23,177 bases of DNA from Chiloscyllium plagiosum. Lineage: Eukaryota. Where the stretch lies: NCBI RefSeq assembly GCF_004010195.1, contig NC_057719.1:39139506-39162682 (forward strand), in the 5' to 3' direction. The translations under genes were made by a program, and so were the position numbers. Each line of letters starts with the position of its first letter. The stretch's first letter is position 1. The notes below the pieces were generated by a model, which was not told the origin of the DNA, searched no databases, and was given only the letters and a program-made list of their open reading frames with translations. Positions 21,087 to 23,177 of this stretch are shown here, piece by piece.

Positions 21087-21293
21087 GAGAAAGTGAGGTC
21101 TGCAGATGCTGGAGATCAAAGTTGAAACTTTATTGCTGGAACAGCACAGTAGGTCAGGCAGCATCCAGGGAACAGGAGATTCGACGTTTCGGGCACAGGC
21201 CCTTCTTCAGGAATGAGTAGAGAGTGTTCAGCAGGAGAAGATAAAAGGTAGGGAGGAGGGACTTGGAGGAGGGGCGTTGGAAATGTGATAGGT
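21087..21293 (-). mobile_element. PLE pLTR fragment inserted in the Gypsy integrase C-terminus
   Basis: TSD TAGATAG at 21080-21086 and 21294-21300; excision restores VNYLEMMPNRKK; contains an intact hammerhead motif. Confidence 0.85.
21179..21214 (-). ncRNA. Minimal type I hammerhead ribozyme, core intact
   Basis: AUUC-CUGAAGA-A-GGGC-CUGU-GCCC-GAAAC-GUC-GAAU: stem I AUUC/GAAU, stem II GGGC/GCCC, palindromic ACGU stem III, GUC cleavage triplet. Confidence 0.85.
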
Positions 21294-21556
21294 TAGATAG
21301 TTCACTTGACTCAACTTTTTCTCAATTTGATAGGGACCACTAAACCTGGCTTTGAAGGGATCTCCTATCACTGGTAACAGTACTAACAAGTCATCCCCTC
21401 GGGAAAACATCCAAGTCTCAGAGCTTTTATCTACCATCTATACTGTGCCCTTTTTAGGTGCTGTTTAGCTAAACCACCTACTCTATTTAGTCTCTCCCTC
21501 ACCTCCATTACATAGTCTAAGTGTGAGATCTCTGACTTTGGTCCTGTCAATTTTTC

Positions 21557-21720
21557 GAGTAGAAAGTGAGGACTGCAGATGCTGGAGATCAGAGCTGAAA
21601 ATGTGTTGCTGGAAAAGCGCAGCAGGTCAGGCATCATCCAAGGAACAGGAGAAACGTCGATTCTCCTGTTCCTTGGATGCTGCCTGACCTGCTGCGCTTT
21701 TCCAGCAACACATTTTCAGC
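21557..21720. mobile_element. Fold-back mini-PLE insertion
   Basis: 14-bp TSD CCTGTCAATTTTTC at 21543-21556 and 21721-21734; 60-bp inverted arms 21594-21653 and 21661-21720 (1 mismatch) around a 7-nt spacer; same family group as 21087-21293. Confidence 0.9.
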
Positions 21721-22587
21721 CCTGTCAATTTTTCTTTAATTTCAAACTTCAATTTATCACTTCATGACTGAATATTAACTCTAAGGGAGTGACCTGAGTA
21801 GATTCATTTAGCGCATTTCAAATAGCAAACAATACGAATGGGATACCTTTATCCCAATCATTCGGTAATCCTGACAGTATGCTCTCAACATGGTCTTCAA
21901 GGTCTAATGTCACCTTTCTAAAGCTCCCTGGGATGCAGGATGATACGCAATGGATTTAAAGTGCTGTATACCTAAGCTATCCATAACCTCCTTAAATAGC
22001 CTAGCAGTAAAATTTGACCCTTGGTCCAACTGAATCTCTCTGGGTAGCGCATACCGTGTGAAGAAAGCTACTAACTCCTCTGCTACCTTTTTTTGCCTTG
22101 ATACTCCGTAATGGAATTGCCTCCAGAAATCTGCTAGATACACCCATTATGGTTAACAAGTACCAGTTCTCACTTTTAGTTCTCGGGAGGGGACCCACAC
22201 AATCAATTGTAACCCGCATAAAAGGTTCTTCAGATACAGGCATTGGCAACAAAGGTGCTGGGTTTATTTACTGCCTGTGGCTTACCTACCATTTGGCATG
22301 TATGATACGTATGGCAAAAGTTAACCACATCTTTGTGCATTCAGGCCAATAAAATGTTTTTGTACTTAGCCTGGATCCTTTGTACCCCTAGATGACGACC
22401 TACAGGTAGTTCATGTGCTACCCGTAATACCTCCTGTCTGTGTGCTACCGGCAACATAATCTGGTGTACTTCAGCCCATTTCTCCTCTGCACTAATGTGC
22501 CGTGGTCTCCACTTCGGTCTTAGGATTCTATTTTTCAGATAATAACCCTCCGGAATATTTTCTGCCTCCTTTTTGGAGTATACATCC

Positions 22588-22625
<38 letters not shown>
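22588..22625. repeat. (TA)n microsatellite within the Gypsy
   Basis: Direct reading; one interruption. Confidence 0.9.
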
Positions 22626-22973
22626 CTTTTATCATCTTGTCTTGCTGTTGTAAGTTTCTTAGCCTTTCAGGACTAAACACTTCTGTCTGACCCTCTGCCT
22701 GTTCAGGGTTTTTTCTGCATCATTATGTCAAACAGGATATCTGCTAAGTGAACCTCAACTCCTTCATCTTTCTCTTTCCGTTTCACTTCGTGCTGTGACT
22801 TGTGATAGTGGGATCTGGTTACCACGCAGTCTGGGAAAATACCGGGATATTTCTGTTTTAACTCCTCAGTTTCTTGGTTTTCCTTGGACTTCTCCACAAT
22901 AAATGGTGTCAATCCCATCTTGGATCCTGTCAAATCATTCCCAAGAACAAACTGAATTCCTAGAACTGATACT

Positions 22974-23177
22974 ATAGACAATAGACAATAGGTGCAGGAT
23001 TAGACCATTCTGCCCTTCGAGCTTACACCGCCATTCAATATGATCATGGCTGATCATCCTTAATCAGTATCCTATTCCTGCCTTATCTCCATAACCCTTG
23101 ATTCCACTATCTTTGAGAGCTCTATCCAACTCTTTCTTAAATGAATCCAGAGACTGGGCCTCCACTGCTCTCTGGAG
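22974..23177 (-). mobile_element. CR1 LINE 3' end (continues beyond the window)
   Basis: Minus strand EAQSLDSFKKELDRALKDSGIKGYGDKAGIGY*, 3' UTR, and (TATTGTC)n tail; interrupts the Gypsy protease region. Confidence 0.88.

Larger units (their letters stand above)
19011..22973 (-). mobile_element. Decayed Gmr1-type Ty3/Gypsy pol (PR-IN-RT-RH)
   Basis: In minus-strand order: protease end (FVLGNDL), integrase Zn region (VLRVAHELPVGRHLG), integrase core (TIDCVGPLP, LDQGSNF, YHPASQGALER), GPY module (RFSGPYQI), RT (LDLKRSYWQV, MPFGMKNAPASFQR, YLDD at 19789-19778), RNase H (AIDVSDTGVGAVLLQ, YMDHNLL); stops, frameshifts and nested inserts. Confidence 0.93.

Overview
Repeat-rich, AT-rich vertebrate genomic DNA. 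It is almost certainly from a cartilaginous fish (shark), judging by HE1/V-SINE-type SINEs that share 3' tails with CR1 LINEs. I found no intact host protein-coding exon, and the ORF-track entries are transposon remnants or spurious. The window is a stack of nested retroelements: CR1 and L2 LINE fragments, two tRNA-derived SINE families, and Penelope-like elements (PLEs) carrying minimal hammerhead ribozymes, two of them as TSD-flanked fold-back insertions. It also holds a decayed Gmr1-type Ty3/Gypsy element on the minus strand (domain order PR-IN-RT-RH), followed in tandem by an LTR stub, PBS and gag start, plus probable Harbinger and Tigger/pogo DNA-transposon relics. The main non-repeat signal is a probable Pol II promoter at about 17.36-17.58 kb (paired kappaB-like sites, TATA box, ATG-free first exon, GTGAGT donor), whose first intron would contain the Gypsy. 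An unexplained perfect 26-bp inverted repeat brackets 15084-16718. Family assignments come from motif recognition by eye, not from database searches. Nothing here is demonstrably a new biological system. The best leads are the PLE fold-back whose junction sits at the ribozyme cleavage site, the tandem Gmr1 junction, the promoter and the 26-bp inverted repeat.
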